DNA of 63,862 bases, filler included, from Catajapyx aquilonaris (Eukaryota): the NCBI GenBank assembly GCA_000934665.2. It is 3 parts of 3 records of this genome, joined end to end, with 100 filler letters (N's around TTAATTAATTAA, not from the genome) between each part and the next. Parts side by side here need not be neighbours in the genome. Positions count along the whole stretch, not along the records: positions 42,799 to 63,862 come from KZ539486.1; 2 more parts are not named here. One strand, given 5' to 3'. The position numbers were made by a program, and so were the translations under genes. A model generated the notes under the pieces. That model made no database searches. It was not told where the DNA came from and saw nothing but the letters and a program-made list of their open reading frames with translations. Shown here piece by piece: positions 63,481-63,862 of the stretch (the first letter of the stretch is position 1; every line of letters starts with the position of its first letter).

Positions 63481-63811
63481 GGGGAGGTGTGGTGGCCGTG
63501 ATGGTAACGTCACGGCTTGCTGAGTGAAAGGCCCCAGGTTCGATCCCCGCCTGGGGAACTTTCCTTTCACCTGCGTCAGGAGGGTCTCTCACCTGCACCA
63601 AGGAGGTGTCTGGCAACCTAACCTCCTGGGGGACAGCACATGACCCATTTGTAGACATTGCACTTGCACCCATGTTCCCTCCCCAAATAATCCCTACCCC
63701 TACCCGACATCCTTGCCTCCTTGCACCGGTGAATGAAGAAAAGTGTAATACACAGAGAAAACTGATGGTGGTGTGCCACCCCCCAAAGAGGCCTTTGATG
63801 CCTAGCACGGG

Positions 63812-63825
<14 letters not shown>
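63481..63825 (+). mobile_element. tRNA-derived SINE with A-tail followed by (AT)n
   Basis: A-box gtggccgtgatggt, B-box ggttcgatccc and poly-A at the end. Confidence 0.75.

Positions 63826-63862
<37 letters not shown>

Overview
This is eukaryotic, most likely insect, draft-assembly DNA. It consists of three probably unlinked ~21 kb scaffolds joined by identical artificial 100-nt spacers (N44-TTAATTAATTAA-N44 at 21183-21282 and 42699-42798). Segment 1 (1-21182) carries the 5' half of a GW182/gawky (TNRC6) gene. Seven phase-compatible exons (9745-20156, + strand) encode about 990 aa, of which about 660 aa lie upstream of the residue where I recall Drosophila GW182 starts. The gene has a DRE-containing candidate promoter and MITE-filled introns, and the scaffold end cuts it off. 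Segment 2 (21283-42698) is essentially non-coding, CpG-rich and dense in TAAT motifs, like a developmental regulatory region. Segment 3 (42799-63862) is transposon-dense: piggyBac, hAT, pogo and mariner MITEs, tRNA-derived SINEs, RTE and R1/LOA-type LINE fragments, and a deep nested insertion stack at 56666-60852. It also holds a minus-strand ADAM10/Kuzbanian-like prodomain exon pair with an apparent 1-nt frameshift. I found no CRISPR array, rRNA, genuine tRNA or recognisable miRNA, and no convincing evidence for a wholly new biological system. Family assignments come from remembered motifs, not database searches.
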